From a virus (Duplodnaviria > Caudoviricetes), in IMG/VR virus record IMGVR_UViG_3300044840_000111, positions 1 through 46,182 of that record: a stretch of DNA of 46,182 nucleotides; one strand, 5' to 3'. The notes beneath the pieces are model-generated. The model was not told the origin of the DNA. It did not search any database and saw nothing but the letters and a program-made list of their open reading frames with translations. The translations under genes and the position numbers were made by a program. Of this stretch, positions 9,344-18,270 are shown piece after piece (the first letter of the stretch is position 1; each line of letters begins with the position of its first letter).

Positions 9344-9955
9344 ATGGTCTACTCCGTTACAAAACGGTGTGCCCAATGCTCCCGTTTGTTCCGTGCCAAT
9401 AGCAACTCCCAGATTTATTGCACACAATGCAAACCTGAAGTCCGTAGAGAAAAGAACAAGGTTTGGCAGCATGACTACTACCTAAAAAATCAAATCCCTA
9501 AGCTCGAAAAGAGCCGCGCATACAACAAGTCTGAGAAGGGACGTGCTGCGCAGCAGCTACGCGATGCAGTCCGACAAGGGAAAGTAACGCGCCGGCCGTG
9601 CGAGATATGTCAAGAGCCTAACGCTCAGGGGCACCATGAGGATTACAGCAAACCGTTAGAGGTACGCTGGCTCTGTCCCAAGCATCACCGCGAAGAACAT
9701 CTATTTGAGCCGTGGCAGAATGAGTTGCGCCGCGCAGGGTACACGGGCGGCTTTCTTCTAGGTCAACTCATCGAGGAGTGCGGGGATGGGTTCAGCGCAT
9801 TAATGAAAATCAGTCCTATTGATTGGAAGGCTGGACGACCGACGGGAGATAACATCAGAGATTACAATTCACCTATTGGTGTTGGATTAACGCCAATCGA
9901 AGCAGTCGCCCGTCTGTGGCTCGCCCTCAACCGCACTGAAGCCGTGAAATCGTAG
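9344..9955 (+). CDS. HNH-like zinc nuclease fused to the C-terminal part of a small phage protein
   Basis: AVR.GK.TR.PCE.C....AQGHHEDYSKPLEVRWLC..HH, then LIEECG...TP.EAVARLWLALN. Confidence 0.8.
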   Translation: MVYSVTKRCAQCSRLFRANSNSQIYCTQCKPEVRREKNKVWQHDYYLKNQIPKLEKSRAYNKSEKGRAAQQLRDAVRQGKVTRRPCEICQEPNAQGHHEDYSKPLEVRWLCPKHHREEHLFEPWQNELRRAGYTGGFLLGQLIEECGDGFSALMKISPIDWKAGRPTGDNIRDYNSPIGVGLTPIEAVARLWLALNRTEAVKS

Positions 9956-10478
9956 AATCGGACACGTTGTAGTCCCGCGCGATCGACGCCACATCCTCCC
10001 CCGCTTGCTTGCGCTCACAAGCAGCCTTGCGCTGCTCCTCATCCAGTTTAGGGCGCCGACCGAGGCGGACACCCATTGCCACGGCTCTAGCCCTGCCTTC
10101 TGCCGTCCTGGACTTAATCAGCTCACGTTCAAACTCTGCCAGCCCGCCCAATATCGTTAGCATCAGCCGGCCGTGTGCCGTCGTGGTGTCAGCCCACACA
10201 TCGCTTAGGGAGCGGAAGCCTGCGCTCTTGTCGCTTACCAACGCGAGGATGTTGAGAAGGTCTCGGGTTGACCGGGCGAGGCGGTCTAACCGCGTCACCA
10301 GCACCAGATCCCCCACCCGCAGCGTCCGTAGCAGCTTCTTTAGCTCGGCACGGTCGGCCTTTGCGCCGCTGACCTTTTCACGAAAGATGCGAGCACACCC
10401 GGCCGCTTCCAATTGCGATACCTGGGCATCAAGTGCCTGTCCGTTGGTACTGACCCGCGCGTAGCCGTAGAGATTCAT
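9927..10478 (-). CDS. Serine recombinase (resolvase/invertase, Hin/Pin-like)
   Basis: YGYARVST, EKVSG, VTRLDRLARS, AEFERELI..RT and C-terminal HTH; start taken at MNLYGY (10478). Confidence 0.93.
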   Translation of the reverse strand: MNLYGYARVSTNGQALDAQVSQLEAAGCARIFREKVSGAKADRAELKKLLRTLRVGDLVLVTRLDRLARSTRDLLNILALVSDKSAGFRSLSDVWADTTTAHGRLMLTILGGLAEFERELIKSRTAEGRARAVAMGVRLGRRPKLDEEQRKAACERKQAGEDVASIARDYNVSDSTISRLQCG

Positions 10479-10490
10479 AATCCGGCGAAT

Positions 10491-10653
10491 ATCTTGATTT
10501 CTGCAAGTGGCAGTTGCGAGGACGGTGAAAAAATACGAAACCGCGAAGTTTTGAGCCAAAAAATCGGTTGTACTCGGTAATGGGAACTCATTCAGGTAGT
10601 TTATCAAATACTTAGCGTTATCAGTGCTTTACAGGTCCGTCAGAAATCAAGAT
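10491..10653. repeat. 13-bp perfect inverted repeat (ATCTTGATTTCTG / CAGAAATCAAGAT), hix/res-like sites
   Basis: Arms at 10491-10503 and 10641-10653; the right copy reads CAGAAATC-AA-GATTTATG, a near-palindrome around a central AA. Confidence 0.75.
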
Positions 10654-10697
10654 TTATGCGTTTAATCTCCCGAAAGTTGCGTAAGGGAGATTTGCTC

Positions 10698-10907
10698 GTG
10701 GCCGCACTCAGAATCCCGCTCGTTTTCGAATGCGACGAATGCGGGAAGCCGCTGGACGAACCGGCTCTCATCTCTCCCATCAATGGCCGCGTCTTCTGCG
10801 GTGATGTCTGCGCAGCGAAGGATTACGTTCGCTTAAAGGTCGGGAAGGGTCCGCACCTAGCGCCTGATGACGTACCCCTGCGCTTGCTTCCGAACAGTCC
10901 CGACTGA
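10698..10907 (+). CDS. Small Cys-rich (zinc-binding) protein
   Basis: CDECG...FCGDVC; GTG 10698 with AAGGGAG SD (alternative ATG at 10656). Confidence 0.55.
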   Translation: MAALRIPLVFECDECGKPLDEPALISPINGRVFCGDVCAAKDYVRLKVGKGPHLAPDDVPLRLLPNSPD

Positions 10908-10911
10908 GCTT

Positions 10912-10957
10912 CGCTCCCTGCTGGTACCTTGCCTGCCGCTAGCAGGGAGCGCTTTTT
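10912..10957 (+). terminator. Intrinsic terminator
   Basis: Stem CGCTCCCTGCTGG / CTAGCAGGGAGCG followed by T5. Confidence 0.7.
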
Positions 10958-11128
10958 ATCCACATCGTGCGAGCTGCCGTTGCGGCGGCGCGTGGTAGAA
11001 TTCATTCATGAGCAAAGATGATTTGGTAGCTTAAGTTCCCGGCATGACGCTCTCTCTGAGAGCATTTCATAGTTGCGCTTCTTCCATGACCCCGGAAGGA
11101 GCGTCATGGAGAGAACAATTTTCAATGT

Positions 11129-11662
11129 ATGAAGCGTGGTGGCTTTCTTAAACGCCGCACCCCACTAGCCGCAAAAGGCGGCTCTGATACAGCCCACATC
11201 AAGGACGACATACAGGCGACGGTACGAGCGATTGTGATTGCGCGCGATGGCGGTTGTATCTTTCAGCTATTCAAACGCGGCGAACCCGATTTAGCGGTCT
11301 ACCTCAATGTCGGCGATGGTGTCCCCAGCTGCAACGGCTACGCAAAAGACGGCCATCTCATCCTCCAAGCGGACCATCTCGTCACCAGAGCAAACAGCGC
11401 CACCTACGCCGACACGCGCCTCGTTGTCTGTGTCTGCAAAGGACATCACGGTTGGAAGAAGTGGAACGAGCAGCGATACAACGAGATTGTGCGGCAGCTT
11501 TTACCAGCGGACCGCGTAGCTCTCTGGGATAAGGCTCACGCTGCCCGCTACATTCCTACGCGCATGACATCATCGGACTGGGCGAAAGAGCTTGCCGCTC
11601 TCAAGCAGGAGCTACGCAAAATGCACATCATCTATCCGCCGCAAGCGGACGTGGTGCTATAA
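11129..11662 (+). CDS. NinG/Rap-like HNH-fold nuclease
   Basis: MKR..LKRRTPL N-terminus, V..RDGGC, LQADHLV.R, VCVCKGHH. Confidence 0.7.
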   Translation: MKRGGFLKRRTPLAAKGGSDTAHIKDDIQATVRAIVIARDGGCIFQLFKRGEPDLAVYLNVGDGVPSCNGYAKDGHLILQADHLVTRANSATYADTRLVVCVCKGHHGWKKWNEQRYNEIVRQLLPADRVALWDKAHAARYIPTRMTSSDWAKELAALKQELRKMHIIYPPQADVVL

Positions 11663-11672
11663 TCAACAGGGT

Positions 11673-11834
11673 ATGAGCCTACGAAGATTTTGGTATCGGC
11701 CGTTGATGAAGCTCGCCCATCGTTTCAACTGGCATTACGCCCCGCCCATTTATCCCGATAACGATATGCAGCTGTGGTGCCAGTGGTGCGGATTCAGAGA
11801 GACTTACAAGAGCCGCCGCAAGATAGGCGTATGA
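11673..11834 (+). CDS. Small hypothetical protein (CxWCG)
   Basis: TGCTATAAT 9 nt upstream of a T-ATG start; ATGA overlap with the next ORF. Confidence 0.55.
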   Translation: MSLRRFWYRPLMKLAHRFNWHYAPPIYPDNDMQLWCQWCGFRETYKSRRKIGV

Positions 11835-11920
11835 ACGACACATCCGGCCGCTTCTTCCTGATCGGAATGATGACATGCCTCGTCATTGTCACATTTCTTT
11901 CAGGCCATTTCTCATTCTGA
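11831..11920 (+). CDS. 29-aa hydrophobic peptide (MNDTSGRFFLIGMMTCLVIVTFLSGHFSF)
   Basis: Manual translation; start/stop overlaps on both sides. Confidence 0.4.
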   Translation: MNDTSGRFFLIGMMTCLVIVTFLSGHFSF

Positions 11921-12105
11921 TGACCCGCGCCCAGTACCACATGCGTCTCATCATCTGGCTCAACCGCTTCTTCTTCTACACGCATACGGAGGAGGTGAGT
12001 AATGAGGATCTGCGGATGGTGTTGGAGCTTCCTTGCACAAAAAACGAGGCATGTTACGATTCAAGGATAACGGGAGCCAGGTCGAAAGGCCGTTCCCGTC
12101 ACTAG
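11920..12105 (+). CDS. Hypothetical protein
   Basis: TGATG overlap with the previous ORF; ends at a terminator hairpin. Confidence 0.4.
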   Translation: MTRAQYHMRLIIWLNRFFFYTHTEEVSNEDLRMVLELPCTKNEACYDSRITGARSKGRSRH

Positions 12106-12122
12106 CCCCCGAGAGGGGGTTT
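12104..12122 (+). terminator. Terminator hairpin with GAGA tetraloop
   Basis: AGCCCCC-GAGA-GGGGGTTT. Confidence 0.6.
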
Positions 12123-12127
12123 GTGCG

Positions 12128-12170
12128 TTATGCACACTCGCAATCGTCATTTCATGTTCTGTGCTACAAT
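12128..12170 (+). promoter_or_regulatory. Putative late-operon promoter
   Basis: Extended -10 TGCTACAAT (12162-12170) with DnaA-box-like TTATGCACA at 12128-12136. Confidence 0.55.
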
Positions 12171-12178
12171 ATGAACAT

Positions 12179-12262
12179 ATGGCGAAGCGCAACTACAGCA
12201 ACAAAGACAACTATTTTCTGACGACAAGGAAGACGGCGCGAAAGCGGCCGATTAAGAAATAA
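12179..12262 (+). CDS. 27-aa basic peptide (MAKRNYSNKDNYFLTTRKTARKRPIKK)
   Basis: Manual translation; T-ATG start 8 nt after the -10 element. Confidence 0.4.
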   Translation: MAKRNYSNKDNYFLTTRKTARKRPIKK

Positions 12263-12280
12263 CAATCAACTTTTTCAAGT

Positions 12281-12535
12281 ATGGCACATGGAGGCAAGCG
12301 GAAAGGATCAGGACGTAAGCCGGGCAAGCTCCCGAAGCTCCGCGACCATTTCGAGCCGCAAGAGATTAAGGCATTTGTTGCAGACCTGAAGATCGCCGCG
12401 GAGAAAAGCGAGCGCATTAAGATATTTCTCGCCGAGCAACTGTTTGGAAAAGCCTACCAACCTGTCGGCGGCGACGATGACGCTCCCCCGATCAAGCTAA
12501 GCATCACTTCACAGCTCTCTAAAGTATATGGATGA
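12281..12535 (+). CDS. terS: Terminase small subunit
   Basis: MAHGGKRKGSGRKPG and EQLFGKA.Q motifs; upstream of TerL. Confidence 0.75.
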   Translation: MAHGGKRKGSGRKPGKLPKLRDHFEPQEIKAFVADLKIAAEKSERIKIFLAEQLFGKAYQPVGGDDDAPPIKLSITSQLSKVYG

Positions 12536-12594
12536 TCTTGAAGCACTCGATCGGTGGATAACGGAACTGCTGCTGAGCGGAACCACTTCAACTT

Positions 12595-14061
12595 ATGACG
12601 GACCCGCTTGAACGCTGTCTCACAACAGCCAAGCAAGCCGGCGTTCCGAAAGATCAAGCCAAGACATTTCTTGAACACGGCTACGTACCATACCCGTGGC
12701 AGTGGAGCTTTCATGCTGCGGCTAGAGAATGCGACAAGCCCAACGGCCCCGTAGCGGTCGGCTTAGGAGGCTCACGTGGGCCAGGCAAGACACATGGCGT
12801 CTTCTCTCAGATCACACTTGACGACCTCCTAAGAGTTGACGGCCTCAAATTTCTCTTTCTCAGAAAGACCGGCAAGGCGGCAAAGGAATCACTCGACGAC
12901 CTTGTAGTGCGCGTCCTCGCCGGCAGACTGCCGTACACCTACACCAACAGCACTGTCCGCTATCCCAACGGCTCCCGCGTTATCATGGGAGGCTTCAAGG
13001 ACGACAAGGACATAGATAACTACATCGGTCAGGAATACGACGGCATCGCTGTTGAGGAGGGCAACCAGCTTTCAGCCGAGAAGAAGGAAAAGCTACGCGG
13101 ATCGCTGCGTACCTCAAAACCGAATTGGCGCCCTCGTTGGTACGAGACATTCAATCCGGGAGGCATCGGGCATGGTGACGTAAAAGCTCGCTATGTAGAG
13201 CCATATAAGAGCGGCGTTGAAAGCAAGACACGCTTCATCCCCGCGACTTACCGCGACAATCCAAACCTCAATCCTGAGTACGTCGAATATCTCGAAGGTC
13301 TCTCGGGCCAGCTTGGTCAAGCATGGCGTGATGGGGACTTCGACATCATGGCCGGTACCTACTTCACCGAGTGGAACGAGCGCATCCACGTCGTCGGACC
13401 TTTCCACATCCCCGAGGAGTGGCGTCGATTCTGCATGTTAGACTACGGACATGAAGCGCCGTCCGCACTCTATTGGGCAGCGGTCACGCCCGACGCGAAG
13501 GTCATTATTTACCGTGAGCTGTACCGCTCGGGACTTACGTTCTCCAAGCTGGCCGAAGAATTTGTCTCGCTCACTCCAAGCAGTGAAAAAATTGAGTATC
13601 TGGTCGCTGACCCCTCCATCTGGTCTGTCAAAGGCGAGAACGAAAACGAACTCTCAGGAGCGGAAATCTTCGAGAGTAGGGTTCGCGAGCTAACCAAAAA
13701 TGCACAGTACAAAGGCATCAGACTTGAACGCGGCAACAACGACCGGCTCGCTGGAGCTGCGGTCGTCCGCGAATATCTGCGCCCTTACCAGTTTGAGGAA
13801 GAGACCACTGCGAAGCTACAAATCTTCGACACCTGCATCGACCTCATCCGCACGCTTCCTGTCCTCATTCACGACGAACGCAATCCCGAAGACGTAGATA
13901 CTAACGGCGAGGACCATGGCTACGACAGCTTGAAGTACGGTCTCATGAGCAGGCCCAAGCCGAGTAATACACAGGAGCAGATTGCGGATCGATTCTTTAA
14001 GAGTAAAATGAAGGAGAAGGAACGGCGCACGCCAAAACGGCTGCTGTTTCAACGGCCATAA
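12595..14061 (+). CDS. terL: Terminase large subunit
   Basis: Walker A GGSRGPGKT, Walker B IAVEEG, TFNPG, nuclease motifs DYG, ADPS and EDHGYDSLKY. Confidence 0.95.
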   Translation: MTDPLERCLTTAKQAGVPKDQAKTFLEHGYVPYPWQWSFHAAARECDKPNGPVAVGLGGSRGPGKTHGVFSQITLDDLLRVDGLKFLFLRKTGKAAKESLDDLVVRVLAGRLPYTYTNSTVRYPNGSRVIMGGFKDDKDIDNYIGQEYDGIAVEEGNQLSAEKKEKLRGSLRTSKPNWRPRWYETFNPGGIGHGDVKARYVEPYKSGVESKTRFIPATYRDNPNLNPEYVEYLEGLSGQLGQAWRDGDFDIMAGTYFTEWNERIHVVGPFHIPEEWRRFCMLDYGHEAPSALYWAAVTPDAKVIIYRELYRSGLTFSKLAEEFVSLTPSSEKIEYLVADPSIWSVKGENENELSGAEIFESRVRELTKNAQYKGIRLERGNNDRLAGAAVVREYLRPYQFEEETTAKLQIFDTCIDLIRTLPVLIHDERNPEDVDTNGEDHGYDSLKYGLMSRPKPSNTQEQIADRFFKSKMKEKERRTPKRLLFQRP

Positions 14062-14396
14062 TGACCCACCCATTTCCCAAGCACGTCCTCGTTCTCCGTG
14101 ATCCTATTCGACAGGAGACGACGACCGCGGCCGGCATCATTGTCCAGCACGACCAGAAGAAGCGTGAAGATATGCACGTTATCTTGCGGTGGGGAACTGT
14201 TATTGAAATGGGAGAAGAATGCGCCGTAAAAGACCTCACAGGTTTCCGCGTGGCGTACAACCCTTTCGATGCCTATGAAGTGCCGTCAGACAGGCTCGAA
14301 GACACCGACATCCATGAAGTGGTCAAGATCACTGGCGTGATGGTGTACGAGCCGCCGAAAGTTATCCCCACCGCTTCGGAAGCACCCACGCCTTAA
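14061..14396 (+). CDS. GroES-like co-chaperonin
   Basis: P..K.VLV......ETTTAAGII mobile loop; GTVIEMG....V....G.RV.Y. Confidence 0.65.
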   Translation: MTHPFPKHVLVLRDPIRQETTTAAGIIVQHDQKKREDMHVILRWGTVIEMGEECAVKDLTGFRVAYNPFDAYEVPSDRLEDTDIHEVVKITGVMVYEPPKVIPTASEAPTP

Positions 14397-14402
14397 TGCC
14401 GT

Positions 14403-14702
14403 ATGATACGCAGAGTGTTCGTTGACATCCTCATCCGCATCGTTGAGCGCATTCTTTACAACACTCCCGTAAAACCAGCTCTCGATCCCGAGAAGATGCA
14501 AAGCTTTTACAAGGTCCTCTATGACCTTCCCGGGTACAGGCAATACGTCGTCGAGCGCGAAACCCGCTTGGTTCACGCGCTTGCTTCTGAGAAGGATTCC
14601 GAAGCCCGCAGTCAAATGCGCGGCCAACGTGTAGAGAACTCCCTGCTCTTCGCAAAAGCACAACGCGCGGCAGAGAAGGCTCAGAAGGACAAAAACTCAT
14701 AA
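14403..14702 (+). CDS. Hypothetical head-module protein
   Basis: T-ATG start and operon position. Confidence 0.7.
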   Translation: MIRRVFVDILIRIVERILYNTPVKPALDPEKMQSFYKVLYDLPGYRQYVVERETRLVHALASEKDSEARSQMRGQRVENSLLFAKAQRAAEKAQKDKNS

Positions 14703-14705
14703 TTG

Positions 14706-14737
14706 GTGAAGCGTCAGAATGTTTCCGACACTTCACG
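14706..14737 (+). promoter_or_regulatory. Hairpin upstream of the scaffold gene
   Basis: GTGAAGCGTCAGA / TCCGACACTTCAC imperfect stem in the intergenic leader. Confidence 0.35.
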
Positions 14738-14771
14738 AGTGATGAACTCGTTATCAACTAGCAACGTCGCT

Positions 14772-15365
14772 ATGACCCAAGACGAACTGGCGCAAGCCAA
14801 CCCTGACGAGCAGGTGCAAGAACTCGGAGATGGTTCGGTTCAAGACGGCTCTTTACAAGATCAGTCTCAAGAACCATCGGGCGGCGACCCGCTTGATGTG
14901 ATTGAGGACGTTGACACGTTGCGAGGCGAAGCGAAGAAATTTCGTTCCATCGCGCAGCGCAAAAGCGCTAAGAAGGAAGAGACACCAGCCGCTCCCGCTC
15001 AAGAGCAGAAGCCGGCCGATGCGCTCACTAAACAAGACTTCTTCCGTGCCAACAGCAAAAAGGCTTCTAAGATAGCCACGAGCGATCCAGAGATCGCCGA
15101 GCATTGGGATGAAATCTCCAAGCTCTACGTCAACCGTAGAGGTCAGGAAGACCCTGATGACATCGTGGAAGACATCAAGGATGCCGTCTCGGTGTGGAAG
15201 GCTCGCAAGCCAGCAGAATCGCAAGGTGATGCAGCAGCAGCCTTACAAACAACTCCCGGTCAGAAGCGCAATAGCGCTAAGCCGGTAGCAGATGACGACA
15301 CTCCCAAGCCGCTATGGGATGACAAGAAAGACATCACCAAGTGGTACGAGAAGTCCAAGTCCTAA
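14772..15365 (+). CDS. Capsid scaffolding protein
   Basis: Acidic disordered N-terminus and helical core; lies upstream of capsid genes; T-ATG at 14772. Confidence 0.7.
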   Translation: MTQDELAQANPDEQVQELGDGSVQDGSLQDQSQEPSGGDPLDVIEDVDTLRGEAKKFRSIAQRKSAKKEETPAAPAQEQKPADALTKQDFFRANSKKASKIATSDPEIAEHWDEISKLYVNRRGQEDPDDIVEDIKDAVSVWKARKPAESQGDAAAALQTTPGQKRNSAKPVADDDTPKPLWDDKKDITKWYEKSKS

Positions 15366-15409
15366 TCTCATCCAGCCAAGCCGCTTTTATCAACTCAGGT
15401 AAAAGCAAT

Positions 15410-15820
15410 ATGGCATTTACTCCTGTTCGATACGACGAAGGCAAGCTCATTACGCTCGCCTGCGCCGCATCAGTCACGTTCGTCAAGGGCGATGCAGTCA
15501 AGAACGCTTCTGGCTACATCACGCCATCGGCATCGGGCGATAACACCGATGTTGAATTCGTCGCCATGGAAGGCAAGACGACCGGCGGCTCCACAGGCGA
15601 ACTCCTTCAGTGCGTCAAAGTACGCGGCACCGAGTTCGTCGTAGACTGCTCCAACACGCCCACCCAAGCTCAGATGCTCACGCAAGTGGACCTCTCTGCC
15701 GCAGGCACCATCGACACCTCAGCAACGACCGATCAAGTCTTCTTCGCAGCTCAAATCGTGGGCGCGGCCGCAGACAAGAAAATTCGCGGCTGGTTCGTCG
15801 GCGGTACTCCAAACTCCTGA
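15410..15820 (+). CDS. Head decoration/cement protein
   Basis: Small Ala/Gly/Thr-rich beta protein immediately before the major capsid gene; T-ATG at 15410. Confidence 0.65.
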   Translation: MAFTPVRYDEGKLITLACAASVTFVKGDAVKNASGYITPSASGDNTDVEFVAMEGKTTGGSTGELLQCVKVRGTEFVVDCSNTPTQAQMLTQVDLSAAGTIDTSATTDQVFFAAQIVGAAADKKIRGWFVGGTPNS

Positions 15821-15854
15821 TTCAGGAGCTTATTAGTTTTACTCAGACAGTCTT

Positions 15855-16835
15855 ATGGCAATCACGCAAAGAGACTTCCCGAGCCTCACGATCAAATTGG
15901 AGTCGATCTTCAACGAAACAGCAGAGACGGCAGTTGCAGAAATGCAGTCGCCTAAACTGTTCGACGTTTCGGACACAACCATGCGCATCAATACCCATCT
16001 CGGTATTCATGGGCTCGCGGGCATTCAGGAAGTCACCCCAGGCCAAGACCTTCCGTCGGTCTCATCCGTGGAAGGAGACAGCATCACCTACACCCAGCGC
16101 TACTTCGGTGCGTTGGCGAAGGTTACCAAGGAGATGCGAAAGTTTGACCTCTACAACGAGATCGAATCTATCGTTCGCTCCATCACCGACGACGCATTTC
16201 AGAAAGTAGACCAGTCCGGCGCCGACATGCTCGGCAACGGCTGGAACACTTCGTACACCGACGTGTACGGCAAATCTGTTACTTCCACAGGCATGGACGG
16301 GTTGGCGTTGTTCTCAGCCTCACACTCGAACAACATCAACGCGAACGTCTTCTCCAACTTACTCAAAGACGACTCGGGCAACGCCGATCCGGTCCTCTCT
16401 CGCGCGGCTATCGTGCAGAGCCGGACGAACGCGCTCAAGTTCGCCGACCCGAACGGAGTTATCCGCCCGGTCAACCTCGACACTCTTATCGTGTCCGCCG
16501 CAAACGAAGACCTCGCTGAACGCATCGTCTTCTCGACAGGCGTTCAGGGAACCCCGAACGTGGACATCAACCCGGTAAAAGGCAAGATCAAGAACATCAT
16601 CACCTGGTCGCGTCTCGACACCCGCACAGGCGGCACCGACACGAGCGCCTACTGGTACATGGCGGATTCGAGAAAGATCAAGGAAACGCTCAAAATGCTC
16701 TTCGCAGAGCGGCCGTCCCTTGATGCTCCTAATCAGGTCTACGATGACAAGAACTGGGAGTACTCGATCGACTACTTCTACACCTTTGGATTCGGCTACC
16801 CGGCATTCATCCGCGGCTCGAAAGGAACCACGTAG
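15855..16835 (+). CDS. Major capsid protein (Mu gpT-like HK97 fold)
   Basis: DG.ALFSASH, LIV.......AERI, D.N, AYWY, F.FG....F..GSKG motifs; 326 aa. Confidence 0.88.
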   Translation: MAITQRDFPSLTIKLESIFNETAETAVAEMQSPKLFDVSDTTMRINTHLGIHGLAGIQEVTPGQDLPSVSSVEGDSITYTQRYFGALAKVTKEMRKFDLYNEIESIVRSITDDAFQKVDQSGADMLGNGWNTSYTDVYGKSVTSTGMDGLALFSASHSNNINANVFSNLLKDDSGNADPVLSRAAIVQSRTNALKFADPNGVIRPVNLDTLIVSAANEDLAERIVFSTGVQGTPNVDINPVKGKIKNIITWSRLDTRTGGTDTSAYWYMADSRKIKETLKMLFAERPSLDAPNQVYDDKNWEYSIDYFYTFGFGYPAFIRGSKGTT

Positions 16836-16868
16836 TCGGTCTCTATTACCAGCTCACATCACTTCACT

Positions 16869-17201
16869 ATGAGCCAAACACCAAATTGGGGCAGTCTCGT
16901 AGCCAAAGGACGCGCAAAGGCAATTGGCGTCCCCTGGACGGAAGAAGAAGCCCTCGCACGCTCTCTCGGCATTCCCGCAGAGTACGTTCGATCAGGCATC
17001 CTCACCGTCGAGGACTTCGAGACAGCGCAAAAGGATGACGCCAAAGCCGGCCGTCCACTGGAGCGCCTGCCTCACAACGAGCTTGTTGCCCTTGCTAAAG
17101 AGCGAGGCATCGAGTTCACACCGGAGACACCGGACGCGACGCTCGCACAGCTCCTCGCGGTCAAGCCAGTCAAGCCAGTGAAGAAGAGTAAGAAAAAATA
17201 G
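16869..17201 (+). CDS. Hypothetical protein with HeH/Rho-N-like C-terminal domain
   Basis: EL..LAKERGI........L..LL; follows the capsid gene. Confidence 0.7.
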   Translation: MSQTPNWGSLVAKGRAKAIGVPWTEEEALARSLGIPAEYVRSGILTVEDFETAQKDDAKAGRPLERLPHNELVALAKERGIEFTPETPDATLAQLLAVKPVKPVKKSKKK

Positions 17202-17204
17202 CGT

Positions 17205-17798
17205 ATGAACAAAATTCTTATTGCTGTTGTCGCTCTTATCGTCAGCGCTGCCGTGCTTCTTGGCGTTAGCCACTCCGGGACAAGCTTCGGAGCGACGACC
17301 GAACGAACTACCTTCACGAATCTCGTGACGTTCGCTAAGGCTGTCACGTTCTCAAGCGCGATAACCGGAACGTCGGGCACCTTCTCGTCATCGCTTACAT
17401 CAGGTGCCCTTACACAGGGCGGCGGGATCACGGCAACGTCAACATCTGGCGCGGTCGTACCGCTGCTCGCGTCCGACTTCGACACGGAGAATGTCATCGA
17501 CGTCACGTTAAACGTTGTTGCCGGAACAGTCTCGTTCCCTGCAACGACGACGTTGACATCATTCATTCCAACCGCAGGTCAGACGCGAACTCTCTACATT
17601 AGGAACGCCACGACGACCGCCGCGACCACACTCACGGTTGCGGGCGGCACAGGCGTGCTCGCCAAATTCGCCTCGACGACCCCCGCTACTACAGGGGTTA
17701 TCACAGGTGATACGGACGGCGCAAACTTCGCACGAGTGACCTTGATACGGAAAGCAAACACCGACATCGAGGCGCTCATTAGTTTGTTCAAGGACTGA
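17205..17798 (+). CDS. Thr-rich structural protein with N-terminal signal/TM segment
   Basis: MNK + hydrophobic stretch + SFGA; many ATTT/ATST motifs. Confidence 0.75.
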   Translation: MNKILIAVVALIVSAAVLLGVSHSGTSFGATTERTTFTNLVTFAKAVTFSSAITGTSGTFSSSLTSGALTQGGGITATSTSGAVVPLLASDFDTENVIDVTLNVVAGTVSFPATTTLTSFIPTAGQTRTLYIRNATTTAATTLTVAGGTGVLAKFASTTPATTGVITGDTDGANFARVTLIRKANTDIEALISLFKD

Positions 17799-17799
17799 T

Positions 17800-17845
17800 C
17801 GCAGCCCCACTCTCGGCCTTTACAGGCCGGGGGATGGGGTTACGA
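17800..17845 (+). terminator. Post-capsid hairpin/attenuator
   Basis: GCAGCCCCA..CTCGGCCT / AGGCCGGG..TGGGGTTAC stem. Confidence 0.5.
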
Positions 17846-17871
17846 CCTCATTACAAAATCTCACAACACCT

Positions 17872-18264
17872 ATGAATTCAATCAAAGTCTCGTTTGTAAT
17901 TGTCGTGACCATCTTCGCTCTTGCTGGCGCTTATATAGGAATTCAGCGGCTCGCATCCCCCGAACAATTCGGCGCGACAGGTGCCAATTCCCGTGTCGCT
18001 ACTTCCTCAACCATCCAAGTCGGACCTCAGCAAGTCAAAACGCTATTCACTTCGCGCCCATCGTGCTCAGCACGCATCATCGGGACGGTCGCTGTTCCCG
18101 TCCAAGTGTCGTTCCGGTCCGATATCGTCCCTACGGCTCTCATCGGTAATCCGGTCCTCGCAAGCACCACAAGCATATTTTCAAGCAATACCGTTGGCTG
18201 CGATGCTGTAACAGCATATGCCGCAGCCTCAACCACAATCACCATCAGCGAGAGCATCTGGTAA
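17872..18264 (+). CDS. Ser/Thr-rich structural protein with N-terminal signal/TM segment
   Basis: Hydrophobic N-terminus + QFGA; ATSS/ASTT motifs. Confidence 0.72.
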   Translation: MNSIKVSFVIVVTIFALAGAYIGIQRLASPEQFGATGANSRVATSSTIQVGPQQVKTLFTSRPSCSARIIGTVAVPVQVSFRSDIVPTALIGNPVLASTTSIFSSNTVGCDAVTAYAAASTTITISESIW

Positions 18265-18270
18265 CGCCGT

